The translations under genes were made by a program, and so were the position numbers. Below are positions 1-10,104 of a DNA stretch of 40,660 bases, one piece after another (positions within the stretch are counted from its first letter, which is position 1; every line of letters begins with the position of its first letter). The stretch is from a bacterium (GTDB lineage: Bacteria; JAJRZV01). The stretch lies in contig JAJRZV010000093.1 in the NCBI GenBank assembly GCA_024275095.1, positions 1 to 40,660 on the forward strand, written 5' to 3'. The notes under the pieces are model-generated. The model did no database searches. It was not told the origin of the DNA and saw nothing but the letters and a program-made list of their open reading frames with translations.

Positions 1-579
1 ATCCTGATTTACCGCGCTGAAGGGGTGCCGGTGGGTGCGGACCAGGTGCCCCATATTGAGCTCACACGGGAAATTGCACGTCGCTTTAACCATTTTTACG
101 GAGAAACGTTTCCTGAGCCCAAACAGATACTCATGCCTGTTGCGAAAATTCCAGGGACAGACGGTCGAAAAATGTCAAAATCCTATAACAATGCCGTGTA
201 CCTGAGCGAACCTTTGAAGGATGTTGAGATGAAAATACTTACCATGAAGACGGATACACGGCGGATGCGGCGTAAGGACCCTGGTGAACCAGAAGATTGT
301 CCTGTGTTTGACCTTCACCGTGTGTATTCCTCAGAGGAAGAGAGATCTGAAATTGTTCAGGGTTGTCGTACAGCCGGTATAGGGTGCATTGATTGCAAAA
401 AGATACTCCTCGCACACCTCATTCCACACCTTGAAGAACACCAACGTCGTCGAGAAGAGGTGAGAGTGGAGAATGTAGTAGAAGTTCTCAGAGAAGGGTC
501 TCGCAAGGCTGCGGAAGTAGCGGAGCGCACTATGGAAGTGGTGAGACAGCGTGTGCGTCTGGTGGAGATATGGACATGA
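1..579 (+). CDS. trpS: Tryptophan--tRNA ligase, 3' part (truncated by window start)
   Basis: Frame open from base 1 (ILIYRAEGVPVGADQ..); VPVGxDQxPHIELTREIARRFN and KMSKS motifs; CIDCKK; followed by scpA-scpB. Confidence 0.95.
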   Translation: MLIYRAEGVPVGADQVPHIELTREIARRFNHFYGETFPEPKQILMPVAKIPGTDGRKMSKSYNNAVYLSEPLKDVEMKILTMKTDTRRMRRKDPGEPEDCPVFDLHRVYSSEEERSEIVQGCRTAGIGCIDCKKILLAHLIPHLEEHQRRREEVRVENVVEVLREGSRKAAEVAERTMEVVRQRVRLVEIWT

Positions 580-1295
580 GGCAGCTGATTCTCAATTTTC
601 ACCTGGATATATTTGAAGGCCCGCTGGACCTGTTGCTTTACCTCATAAGGAGAAATGAATTCGATATATTTGATATTCCCATTGCTGATATTACCGCGCA
701 GTATCTGGAGTATCTGAAAGTACTGGAACAAATTGGAATCGATACACTTGCCGATTATATGGCCATGGCTGCTTTGCTTATGGAGATTAAATCGAAGATG
801 CTTTTACCGCGTGATGAAGAGGAAGTTAGAGAGGGTGAAGAAGGGGAGGAGGATCCCCGGGGACGTCTGGTGGAGATGCTACTTACCTATCAAACCTTTC
901 AGTGGGCTGCTGAACAGCTCAATGAACTTCCGCAGCTTGATAGAGATGAATTCACCCGGCCTGTACGCAAGCGTGAACCAGGTGAGGCGCGATTTGAAGA
1001 TTTATCTCCATATGAACTGGCCCGTGCATATGCGGACACATTATCGCGACGACCTTCTATAAAAGTGGAAGTAGAAACAATGGACGTCGTGGATAAGGTG
1101 CGTGAGCTCAGCGAACTTTTGCACCGGCAACGGGAACTGCTTTTTACGAATCTGGTAGAAGGCAAGTCACGCATGGAAAAGGCTGTGTACTTTCTCGCTC
1201 TTCTTGATGTTGTTGTCCGTGGCCTTGCGCTTGCGCATCAGGAAAGATTGTTCGGAGACATTCTCGTGAAATCGAGGGTTATCAGTGGAAGCTGA
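576..1295 (+). CDS. scpA: Segregation and condensation protein A
   Basis: FEGPLDLLLYLI, EIKSKMLLP, EDPR and YFLALL motifs; ATG at 576 overlaps the trpS stop (ATGA) with GGAG upstream; alternative start 570. Confidence 0.93.
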   Translation: MRQLILNFHLDIFEGPLDLLLYLIRRNEFDIFDIPIADITAQYLEYLKVLEQIGIDTLADYMAMAALLMEIKSKMLLPRDEEEVREGEEGEEDPRGRLVEMLLTYQTFQWAAEQLNELPQLDRDEFTRPVRKREPGEARFEDLSPYELARAYADTLSRRPSIKVEVETMDVVDKVRELSELLHRQRELLFTNLVEGKSRMEKAVYFLALLDVVVRGLALAHQERLFGDILVKSRVISGS

Positions 1296-1863
1296 CATCA
1301 GGCCTATTGTGGAAGCCATACTTTTTGCATCAGAAGATCCCGTAACTCCCGAGTCTTTAAAAAAGGTATTTCCAGCACTGACTTTGGAGGAACTGGTCCG
1401 GGTTCTGGAAGATCTTTTCTTAGAGTATGAACATGCGAAAGGTCGAGGTTTTCATATTCGAAAAGTAAAGGGTGGATACCAGTTTCGTACAAAACCTGTG
1501 TATTCTCAGTGGGTTCTCAAATATCAGGAAGCCAAACCACAAAAGCTTTCACGTGCAGCTCTCGAGGTTCTCGCCATCATTGCTTATCGGCAACCCATTA
1601 CACGACCTGAAATTGAAAACATCCGGGGAGTTGACTCTTCTGGTGCTCTCAAGAGTTTAATAGAAAAGAATCTTGTGAAAACGTCCGGAAGAAAAGATGT
1701 TCCTGGACGCCCCCTCATGTATGTGACAACCAGTCGCTTCCTCGAGGTATTTGGTTTGAATTCTCTGGAGGATTTGCCCCCGCTCAAGGAGGAAGAAATC
1801 AAAGAGAGAGCTGCAGAAGCAGGGGCTCTTCAGAGTTTGTTTTCCAATGACAAAAAAGAATGA
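1285..1863 (+). CDS. scpB: Segregation and condensation protein B
   Basis: VEAILFAS, LSRAALEVLAIIAYRQPITRPEIENIRGV, FLEVFGLNSLEDLP. Confidence 0.95.
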   Translation: MEADIRPIVEAILFASEDPVTPESLKKVFPALTLEELVRVLEDLFLEYEHAKGRGFHIRKVKGGYQFRTKPVYSQWVLKYQEAKPQKLSRAALEVLAIIAYRQPITRPEIENIRGVDSSGALKSLIEKNLVKTSGRKDVPGRPLMYVTTSRFLEVFGLNSLEDLPPLKEEEIKERAAEAGALQSLFSNDKKE

Positions 1864-2524
1864 ACTTTTGCGTACCCGTTACCGCCAGTATATTGAAGAG
1901 CAGCTTGAACTCGCTTTAAAGGTCAGAATTAAACCGCTCAAAAGAAAAGTACGCTATGTGGCTGGAGTGGATGCCTCTTTCCCCGGCAATTATGTGCGTG
2001 CTGCTGCTGTTGTTATCGATGTGGCAACGTTTGAAACCGTTGATGAGGCGGTGGGTGAGCTTCCTGTGGAGCATCCGTACGTACCCACATTGCTCTACCT
2101 GCGGGAAGGTCCTGCTCTTCTCAAAGCCCTCCTCTCCCTCCGGCGAACCCCGGACGTGGTACTCGTGGATGGACAGGGAATCCTGCACCCCCGGCGCTTT
2201 GGTGAAGCGTGTTATATTGGAGTACACTCGGGGATGCCCGTGGCAGGGGTGGCTAAAAGTCGTCTTGCCGGCAGGCACAGGCCGGTGAAATTAAAAAAAG
2301 GTTTGTGGGAACCTGTGTATGTAGAGGGAGAACTTCGTGGGGCCGTGCTGTGTACACGCGATAATGTCAAACCAGTATATGTGTCACCGGGCCATTTAAT
2401 GGATCTTAATGACGCGCTTAATATTACCCTTCAGGCAACCGGTTCTTATCGCATTCCAGAGCCACTGCGACGTGCTCATAAGTTGGCCGGGTCTTCGGGA
2501 TCATCTCGCACAGGCTGTGGATAG
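1847..2524 (+). CDS. nfi: Endonuclease V
   Basis: VAGVDAS, PYVPTLLYLREGP, VDGQGILHPRRFG, GVAKS, PVYVSPGH, YRIPEPLRRAH. Confidence 0.93.
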   Translation: MTKKNELLRTRYRQYIEEQLELALKVRIKPLKRKVRYVAGVDASFPGNYVRAAAVVIDVATFETVDEAVGELPVEHPYVPTLLYLREGPALLKALLSLRRTPDVVLVDGQGILHPRRFGEACYIGVHSGMPVAGVAKSRLAGRHRPVKLKKGLWEPVYVEGELRGAVLCTRDNVKPVYVSPGHLMDLNDALNITLQATGSYRIPEPLRRAHKLAGSSGSSRTGCG

Positions 2525-2534
2525 GAGCATTTTC

Positions 2535-3413
2535 ATGTCGTGGTTTTCATATGCACTTTTGTGTGCTTTTTCCCTATCAGCAGCTGATCTTATCTCCAAA
2601 ATGCTCCTTGCGCAGGAGGACCATCTCACAGTGGCATTTGCACGATGGGCCTACGCGGCACCTTTTCTTTTGCCATTTTTTCTGCTGAACCGTGAAAGCA
2701 TTTTTCAGGTTAACCCCGGTGTTTTTGTGTTCACGCTGGCCATACTGATGCCATTGGAAATTCTTGCCGTCATCTTTTACATGAAGGCTTATCGTTTAAG
2801 TGACCTTTCCCTTGCCGCGCCTTTCCAATCTTTTACACCTGTATTTGCCATGGTGATAGCGTTTTTCTTGTTAAGAGAGGTCCCGCGCCCCCTTGGTTTG
2901 CTCGGTGTTCTGTGTGTGGTTGCTGGTGGATACATCATGGGGGCCGGGGTTGGAGGCTGGAAGGGCCTTGCCACTCCGATCAGGAATCTTGCCAGCGAAA
3001 AAGGCACTCTTTACATGCTGGCTGTTGCTTTTATTTACGGTATCACCTCTGTGATGGGCAAAGTTGGCGTGTTGCAAATAGGGAGTATTGCTTTTGCGGG
3101 CCTTTACATTCCTTTGCTCAGTGTTGTGTTTGCAGTATTTCTCGCTTTTTATCATCCAAAAGCGCTCAAAGAGGCATTTTCCAGACCCGTGCACTTTTTA
3201 TTGCTGGGTTTTTTTATCGCGATTATGGTGTACACGCACTTTCGGGCCATCGAACTCATCGACGTGGCTTACATGATTTCCGTCAAACGATTCAGCATGG
3301 TAATAGCGGTGATCCTGGGACGTTTTCTTTTGAAAGAACGTTTCTTTTTTGCGAGACTAACAGGAGGAGCGGTGATGTTTATGGGGGTGGTATTCATCGC
3401 CCTCTGGTCATGA
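2535..3413 (+). CDS. EamA/DMT family transporter
   Basis: About ten hydrophobic segments in two repeats; ATG 2535 preceded by AGGAG; the ORF-track extension from 2409 overlaps nfi. Confidence 0.85.
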   Translation: MSWFSYALLCAFSLSAADLISKMLLAQEDHLTVAFARWAYAAPFLLPFFLLNRESIFQVNPGVFVFTLAILMPLEILAVIFYMKAYRLSDLSLAAPFQSFTPVFAMVIAFFLLREVPRPLGLLGVLCVVAGGYIMGAGVGGWKGLATPIRNLASEKGTLYMLAVAFIYGITSVMGKVGVLQIGSIAFAGLYIPLLSVVFAVFLAFYHPKALKEAFSRPVHFLLLGFFIAIMVYTHFRAIELIDVAYMISVKRFSMVIAVILGRFLLKERFFFARLTGGAVMFMGVVFIALWS

Positions 3414-4741
3414 AAGGGATAATTGAAAAATTTTTCAGGTTTTCTCAGAATCACACCACACTCGGCACGGAAATAAGAGCGGGTCTTGTGACATTTGCCA
3501 CAATGGCCTACATCATCGTGGTGAATCCGGCAATTCTTTCCGATCCTTCCGGGGCAGGGATGGACTTTCGAGCTGTACTTACAGCCACGTGTGTTGCTTC
3601 GGCTGTTGCTACTCTTATGATGGGACTTGTGGCCAATTATCCCATCGCTCTTGCACCCGGTATGGGCCTCAACGCATTTTTCAGCTATACCATGTGCCAT
3701 ATGATGGGAATACCCTGGCAGGGCGCTCTCGCTATGGTCGCCATCTCGGGCATGGTTTTCCTGGTTCTTGCTGTTTCTGGGGCAGGAGAACGGATATTCT
3801 CCGCTGTCCCCCATTGTATTCGCATTGGTACAGCGGCAGGCATCGGCCTTTTCATTGCATTTATCGGGTTGCAGAAGGGTGGAATAGTTGTGAGTCACCC
3901 TGTGACAATGGTAACCCTGGGGGACATGACCGCACCTCACACATTACTGGCGCTTGTTGGTTTGATTTTTACGGTTGTGCTGATGGTACTGAATGTAAAA
4001 GGAGCTATTCTTATCGGAATTATCGGTACAGGTGTTGTGGCGGCTTTAACAGGAATGGTGAAGGTGGAACATATTGTTTCGACACCCACCATATCAGCCA
4101 CAGCCTTCCACCTGAATTTCCATCACCTTTTCAACACCACCGGCATTTTCGTGATATTCACATTGCTTTTTGTTGACGTGTTCGATACTCTTGGCACATT
4201 TATGGGTATTGGAGAGGCAGGAGGTTTTATCAAAGAAGGACGGTTCCCTCGAATCAACCAGGCTCTCTTCGCAGATGCAGCCGGTACACTCACCGGAGCG
4301 CTTGTTGGAACATCTACAGTGACATCTTACATTGAATCAGCAGCAGGAATTAGCGAAGGTGGCCGTACCGGATTCGCGGCTGTGGTAACTGCACTTCTGT
4401 TTCTCATCGCTCCTTTTTTTGCTCCTCTCGCCGAAGTTTTTGGAACAGGCATTACTGTTGACGGTGTTACCTACAATCCCGTAACAGCTCCAGCGCTTAT
4501 TGTTGTGGGCCTCCTGATGGTTCAACATATCAATCGCGTGAACTGGGCGCAAATAGACGAAGCCTTTGTCGCGTTTATTACCATGATCTCCATGCCTCTC
4601 ACTTACAGCATTTCAGACGGGCTTGCACTGGGTTTCATTTCGTACGCACTGGTGAAAGCTTTTACAGGCCGTATCCGGGAGGTGGGCTGGACATGCGGCC
4701 TGATAGCGCTTTTCTGTCTCATACGCTTTGCCACCATGTAA
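3410..4741 (+). CDS. NCS2 family (AzgA/PbuG-like) purine permease
   Basis: EIRAGLVTFATMAYIIVVNPAILS, ALAPGMGLNAFF, YIESAAGISEGGRTG, MPLTYSI; ATGA overlap with the EamA stop. Confidence 0.92.
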   Translation: MKGIIEKFFRFSQNHTTLGTEIRAGLVTFATMAYIIVVNPAILSDPSGAGMDFRAVLTATCVASAVATLMMGLVANYPIALAPGMGLNAFFSYTMCHMMGIPWQGALAMVAISGMVFLVLAVSGAGERIFSAVPHCIRIGTAAGIGLFIAFIGLQKGGIVVSHPVTMVTLGDMTAPHTLLALVGLIFTVVLMVLNVKGAILIGIIGTGVVAALTGMVKVEHIVSTPTISATAFHLNFHHLFNTTGIFVIFTLLFVDVFDTLGTFMGIGEAGGFIKEGRFPRINQALFADAAGTLTGALVGTSTVTSYIESAAGISEGGRTGFAAVVTALLFLIAPFFAPLAEVFGTGITVDGVTYNPVTAPALIVVGLLMVQHINRVNWAQIDEAFVAFITMISMPLTYSISDGLALGFISYALVKAFTGRIREVGWTCGLIALFCLIRFATM

Positions 4742-4768
4742 TTACATTAATAAAGGAGGTGGTATTCC

Positions 4769-6235
4769 ATGACAACCGAAGGAGTGACTTCACCGAGTTA
4801 CAGCTTTATTGTACGTCTTCGCATTCCCAATAAACCGGGAATGCTTGCAAGGGTGCTTTCCAGAGTGGGGAAAGCCGGAGGCAATATGGGAGCAATTGAT
4901 CTGGTACGTACGGAGGGTGAGCATATTCTCAGAGACCTTACCATATATGCCAGGGACGCAGAGCATGAACGCAAAATCGTGAAAAACATCGAAAAAATTA
5001 ACGGTATCGAAATCGTGAATGTTTCAGACCGGACCTTTCTCTATCACCTGGGTGGCAAACTGGAAGTGGTACCAAGGCGGCCTGTCAAAACGCGCGATGA
5101 CCTTTCGATTGCATACACTCCCGGTGTGGCCAGGGTGTGTCGAGCCATTTATGAAGATCAGGACAAGGTGTTCAACCTGACGATGCGGGGCAACCTTGTG
5201 GCCATCGTCACAGATGGAACGGCGGTTCTCGGTTTGGGTGATATCGGCCCGGAGGCCGCACTTCCTGTAATGGAAGGCAAAGCCATGCTTTTCAAAACCT
5301 TCGCAGGAGTGGATGCTTTTCCCGTTTGTCTCAAGACAAAAGATGTTGACGAGATTGTGAAAGTGGTGGAGAAAATTGCTCCTGTATTTGGTGGCATAAA
5401 CCTGGAAGATATATCCGCTCCAAGGTGTTTTGAAATCGAAGAGAAATTACAGAAAAGATTGGATGTACCTGTTTTCCATGATGACCAGCACGGCACGGCC
5501 ATAGTTGTTCTTGCTGCACTTTACAATGCTCTCAAACTTACGGGGAAGAGAATGGAAGATTTAAAAATCGTTATAAATGGTGCAGGTGCGGCGGGGGTTG
5601 CCGTGACTCGACTTCTTCTCAAAGCGGGAGCCAAAAACATCATTATATGTGATAGGGCAGGTGTGATTTACAGGGGGCGCAAAAAACACATGAATTTTGC
5701 CAAAGAGTGGCTCGCTTAAAAGACCAATCCGGAGATGTGCAAAGGCTCACTGGCCAGTGCCGTAAAGGGGGCGGATGTGTTTATCGGTCTTTCATCTCCG
5801 GGTGTGTTGACAGTGGAGATGTTAAAAACCATGCAGAAAGACCCCGTCATATTTGCTATGGCGAATCCTGTACCTGAAATCATGCCGGAAGAAGCTGCTC
5901 CGTATGCTCGCGTGATAGCCACGGGACGATCTGATTATCCCAACCAGATAAACAATGCCCTTGTGTTTCCTGGATTTTTTAGGGGCCTTCTGGACGTGAG
6001 AGCCAAAAAGGTGACTGATGAAATGAAGATGGCTGCCGCCCAGGCTCTTGCCCGGGTGGTGAAGGATGGAGAACTCAGCGAGGAATACATTATTCCCAGT
6101 ATTTTTAACCGAGACGTTGTCCCCGCAGTGGCTCGGGCTGTGAGCAGGGTAGCTGTGAAACGAGGCCTGGCTCGAAGGCCACGAAAAGAAGCGAAGGAGG
6201 AAGAGACCTTTCCTCTGGGCGGTTTGCCTGCGTAG
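4769..6235 (+). pseudogene. ACT-domain NAD(P)-dependent malic enzyme, interrupted by in-frame TAA at 5717-5719 (pseudogene or sequence error)
   Basis: N-terminal ACT (IPNKPGML), AYTPGVA, VTDGTAVLGLG, FHDDQHGTA, GAGAAG, ATGRSDYPNQINN; ORFs 4769-5719 and 5735-6235 are in the same frame (..KEWLA*KTNPEMCKGSL..); strong SD AAGGAGGT. Confidence 0.85.
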
Positions 6236-6343
6236 GTATTCCTGTTTTACTCAAAGGGTTGCGAGTATTTGAAAAGAAATTTTCTCTGCTCGGGGAAAGA
6301 GAATGAAATGTATGTTGTCAGCTTGGGAACAAAGCACGGATTT

Positions 6344-7729
6344 TTAGAAGAATGCGTTGAGTGAGACTTCCAGCATGTAAAGAGGTCGTGTGGAGTCAGG
6401 ATTGATGGTATTCACAAAGGCTGCTGCCACACCACCGGGGACGAAGAACGTGTTAACCACGTCCACTACCAGATGTGGTGAGAGTTGATAGCGAAGTGCC
6501 CCGTCTATTTCCACTCCGGTAAACCACTTTCCACGAGCATTATTGTTGTTAAGTGCCATGCCCGCTCCGGCAATTCCCATGAGCAGAAGACGTGGACGCG
6601 GATAATAGTAAATGCCTGCATCGGCCAGCAAAAATCCTGTTCTGGAGCGGAAGAATGCTCCCACGCGCTGACTTGTACGTTCATCCAGATTGTCTCCCCT
6701 GTCTCGCAGTTCATCTTCCGTGAATACGAGAGTGCGACTGAGTGAGCGGCCGGAATAGAGAAAGGCGTAATTTTCGCCGCTGCGCTCGTGCGTATCATCC
6801 GGGCTGAGCACCAGCAGGCTCATGCTCCAGCCGAAATTACCGCTTTCTTCTGCGCCTGCCAGCCCCGGAACAACACGGCCGTCCACGTATTTACCCCATG
6901 CCGTGCGTGCTGCTCCGTACATGTAGTATATCTGGAGGGCCCCGGCGGTATGCCTCTCGTCGCTTCCGTCCCAGGCCCCCCTGTTGGTCCAGCCGACCTG
7001 CAACGCCAAGTCTGCACCAAAAGTCGAAAATTCTTGAGACCGTGTTATGTGAACCACGGGTGTGAAAAGCCATGTGTGCCTGATGATGACTTCTGCGTCG
7101 TACAGCCCGTACAAGCCGGCCTGTATGGTCCATCCTTTTACTCCGGAGAAAGTAGTGGAAACGCCCCAGGGAAAAATGTCGTGTCGAAAATTGTTGAAAT
7201 CGAGGTTCGCGCTTTCGTAGTTTTGGTCAGGCAGTTGGCCTGCAAAAAATTCGATAGGCCTTTCAGAAAGATTTATGCGCACACGTACAGCACCCAGCCA
7301 GTGGTTGAGGAAGAGGCCTGTGGGATCTGCCACGTACTGGTATCCTGCTCTGATCCACAGGTATTCGTCTGCTTTGACTTCTGCGTATATCTGGCGGTGT
7401 TTGAGGACAAGGCCTTTTTCAGAGTATGAAAACGCTTCTGCTGTGTTCCTGCTCCAGATGTTGAGTCCCAGTTCAGCTTCCCAGTAAACGCGCAGGTCTT
7501 CTCCCACCAGAAGTGAGAACTTGGGATTAAAGAATGTCCCCGCATATCCCACGCTCTGACCAGCAGGTTTGTAGTAAGGCCTCGAGGAGTCAAAGTCACT
7601 GTCGGTTTTGTAAATTATCAGGTTCTGGAGGTAACCACATAGACGGGCCTTTACCTCTGCTCCGCGAGCATCCGAAAGAAAGAAAAATACGATGGCAAAA
7701 ATTGCGGATATGTAACGAACCTTCTTCAT
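6344..7729 (-). CDS. Outer-membrane beta-barrel protein, unknown function
   Basis: Sec signal peptide (MKKVRYISAIFAIVFFFLSDARG), alternating aromatic/polar strands, C-terminal Phe (..EVSLNAFF); ATGA-coupled to the GH5 gene. Confidence 0.7.
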   Translation of the reverse strand: MKKVRYISAIFAIVFFFLSDARGAEVKARLCGYLQNLIIYKTDSDFDSSRPYYKPAGQSVGYAGTFFNPKFSLLVGEDLRVYWEAELGLNIWSRNTAEAFSYSEKGLVLKHRQIYAEVKADEYLWIRAGYQYVADPTGLFLNHWLGAVRVRINLSERPIEFFAGQLPDQNYESANLDFNNFRHDIFPWGVSTTFSGVKGWTIQAGLYGLYDAEVIIRHTWLFTPVVHITRSQEFSTFGADLALQVGWTNRGAWDGSDERHTAGALQIYYMYGAARTAWGKYVDGRVVPGLAGAEESGNFGWSMSLLVLSPDDTHERSGENYAFLYSGRSLSRTLVFTEDELRDRGDNLDERTSQRVGAFFRSRTGFLLADAGIYYYPRPRLLLMGIAGAGMALNNNNARGKWFTGVEIDGALRYQLSPHLVVDVVNTFFVPGGVAAAFVNTINPDSTRPLYMLEVSLNAFF

Positions 7730-10068
7730 CTTGGATATGCCGGTGATACTCCGTTGACGACAGTATTTTCTTTGAAAAAGTACTGCCAGCCCGTATTTTC
7801 GTTGCCGGGGAGAGGCGGAAGTATGCGGATGGAGTGAATGTAGCCGGGATCATCGGCTGTTGGATACCAGTAGAGAAAACCATAGGCAAAAGCTGAACCT
7901 TCACGTGGCTCATGATGCCTATACACTGCATAACCATCAGATATCCACACGTAAAATCCGTCAGGATAATATAAACCGTAGGGAATGTATATGACCGTGG
8001 GTGCATCTGTCTCACGGCTTTCAAATTTCAGTTCAAATTCGCCCTCCGGGTTGACAATACCCTTCTCAGGGTCGAAGTAATGCAGCTTGGAGTAAAAGTG
8101 CATGGATACGGGTTTGCCGCTGAGAAACGTGGGGTGCGGCCGGCTGTAGGCTTCTTCTCCACGCGGGGTGAGGTTCCAGTCCACCACGGAAAAGTCTTCA
8201 TTATTCCAGCCTTCGCCACGGTCAGGATCGTTTTCCATTGACCAGCACCACTGCATGTGGCTGAGGAACATGTCCTCGAATACCTCGTAGTAATTATCGA
8301 GTATTTCCTCGGATACGGGACAGCGCTCGTCGCCGTCGCAGGGTTCACTGTTGAAGTTGAAATACGTGCCGAACTCTCCAAGTACAACGGGGACGTTACC
8401 CAGTGAATGTGTCGCACGCGCAATGGCGCTTTCAATCCCCGGGCGGTAATCCCGGAATTTCACCTCTTCCGGGGTAAACTCCCGCGGTGGCATGTTGAAG
8501 CCGGGGAAAGGGTAAATATCCGCATACCAGTGAGGTGCGTATACCACCTGCGGCAGGCCGTCAGGTTTTGTCATGTTGAGCTGGAATGGACTTTCGCCGC
8601 CTGCACCGAAGAATGAAAGCACTGTCTCCAGGCCCAGCGTGGGCTCTATCCATATCACGGCATCGGGGTCTTCGGCGAGTATGGCCTTGCCAATCTTTTC
8701 ATAGAAGGGTTGCAAATAGAGCTTGTCAAAGCCGTAGTTGATTCCCATGATACCCATGAGGTCCGCGTGTTCAAAACCCCATTTCCGCCGGGTTTCTTCG
8801 CTGGTATCAGGGGGCAGAAGACCAAGTCCTATTACAATATCCACTATATCGGAGGCAAGGGTGGGATAATCAGGTGTGTCAAGAAAGGTTCCGAGAAAAT
8901 TTTTCAGGGCGTCGATACTACCTATTTCGAAAAACGCAGCAGCAATGGTGAGCGTGAGGAAAAACCCCACTGGTTCGTTGATAATGTCGTAACCGATAAC
9001 ATTGGGATATTTCCCAACGCGTGCAGCCACAGCGGCCCACGCACGTGCGTAGGCGTCCTGAAGAAAGTCCTGGATATTCTTTTCTTCACCGTTGTCATTA
9101 ACAGTGAGGGTGGGATAGGCATCGTTACCTGCAAAAAACGCGGCGAAGCAGCGCTGTATGTCCAGTGAAAATATGGCGTTAATTCCCCAGGTTGTCCAGG
9201 GAAGAAGATCCGTCGTTTCTGTAATGTCATATGGATAGTGCCCTTCCGGAATAAAAGGTACGATGATGTTTTTAATTTGCTCGGCGATATCCCCGGCTGT
9301 GTACCCACCCGGGAAACCCATATCCTCACCCACGAGCTTACCGATTACCCGAGTTACCGTTTCCAGGAACTGAGGGTCTGTCAGGTTCCCCAGAATGCGA
9401 GGAAATCCCCACACGGGTGAGTCCAGATCCTTCTCCGGCATGATGGCCTTCACCGCCCATCTCGGAGCCCCATCTCCTCGAACGATATTGCTGTAGGGAG
9501 GAATAAAGGCCGTGAACATGGAAACAGGACTGCCGGGTGGAAAAAGAGCTGAAAGGACATCGGTTAGAATGTCGTTGTAATAAACCATCAAGTGCCTGCT
9601 GAAAATGTCCTGGTGCATGTCCATGAGCACGTAAATGCCGTACTCATTGGCCTTGCTGACGATTCTTTCAATAAAGTCTAAATACTCGGTATCAAGCTGA
9701 TGGGGATCGTCCGGCTGGATGGCTTCCCAGTTCATGATGAGCCGAATGGAATTGAAACCGAGCGAGCGAATTTGCTCGAAGTGCTTATCCGCTTCCTCGA
9801 TAGGGAATGGTTTGCCCACGTATGATGGCTGTAGCACCTTGTCGTAGGTGCACTGCCTTTTACTCGTGGTACACGGGTCATCGTTCACAGGAAACTTGTC
9901 GCTGCCGCTGACGTTGAGGCCGTGAAAATATACGTACCTCCCGTGCCCGTCCTTGATGTAATTGAGATATGTGTGCACTGGAGGAAGGTTGTTCGTTTCA
10001 AATTCTGGAGTGGATGAGCAGGAGAAGAAAATACCCGCGCTCAGGAACACAACCAAAAAATTACGCAT
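7726..10068 (-). CDS. Glycoside hydrolase family 5 lipoprotein, endoglycoceramidase-related (EGCrP/steryl-beta-glucosidase-like)
   Basis: Lipobox MRNFLVVFLSAGIFFSC; VGKPFPIEEADKHF, RLIMNWEAI, DMHQDIFSR, GDGAP, acid/base GYDIINEP, APHWY, nucleophile VLGEFG, GEGWNNEDFS. Confidence 0.85.
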   Translation of the reverse strand: MRNFLVVFLSAGIFFSCSSTPEFETNNLPPVHTYLNYIKDGHGRYVYFHGLNVSGSDKFPVNDDPCTTSKRQCTYDKVLQPSYVGKPFPIEEADKHFEQIRSLGFNSIRLIMNWEAIQPDDPHQLDTEYLDFIERIVSKANEYGIYVLMDMHQDIFSRHLMVYYNDILTDVLSALFPPGSPVSMFTAFIPPYSNIVRGDGAPRWAVKAIMPEKDLDSPVWGFPRILGNLTDPQFLETVTRVIGKLVGEDMGFPGGYTAGDIAEQIKNIIVPFIPEGHYPYDITETTDLLPWTTWGINAIFSLDIQRCFAAFFAGNDAYPTLTVNDNGEEKNIQDFLQDAYARAWAAVAARVGKYPNVIGYDIINEPVGFFLTLTIAAAFFEIGSIDALKNFLGTFLDTPDYPTLASDIVDIVIGLGLLPPDTSEETRRKWGFEHADLMGIMGINYGFDKLYLQPFYEKIGKAILAEDPDAVIWIEPTLGLETVLSFFGAGGESPFQLNMTKPDGLPQVVYAPHWYADIYPFPGFNMPPREFTPEEVKFRDYRPGIESAIARATHSLGNVPVVLGEFGTYFNFNSEPCDGDERCPVSEEILDNYYEVFEDMFLSHMQWCWSMENDPDRGEGWNNEDFSVVDWNLTPRGEEAYSRPHPTFLSGKPVSMHFYSKLHYFDPEKGIVNPEGEFELKFESRETDAPTVIYIPYGLYYPDGFYVWISDGYAVYRHHEPREGSAFAYGFLYWYPTADDPGYIHSIRILPPLPGNENTGWQYFFKENTVVNGVSPAYPR

Positions 10069-10074
10069 GAATGG

Positions 10075-10104
10075 AATGTAATATGAGACACAGGGGATGG
10101 TCAA
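10075..10104 (-). promoter_or_regulatory. Sigma70-type promoter for the GH5 gene, probably leaderless
   Basis: Minus strand TTGACC-N18-TACATT-N6-ATG; no Shine-Dalgarno. Confidence 0.5.

Noticed and set aside
2912-3409. ORF-track N-terminal extensions (e.g. NCS2 from 2912; also EamA 2409, lhgO 12899, dapL 26112)
   Set aside because: They overlap neighbouring genes or promoters and are not family-like; downstream starts have an SD, an ATGA overlap or a promoter.
4739-4753. Genome-wide reassignment of TAA to explain the two internal stops
   Set aside because: TAA terminates several genes at their expected ends (NCS2 with further in-frame TAAs, the pyrophosphorylase with TAA TAA, DUF502, ribF).
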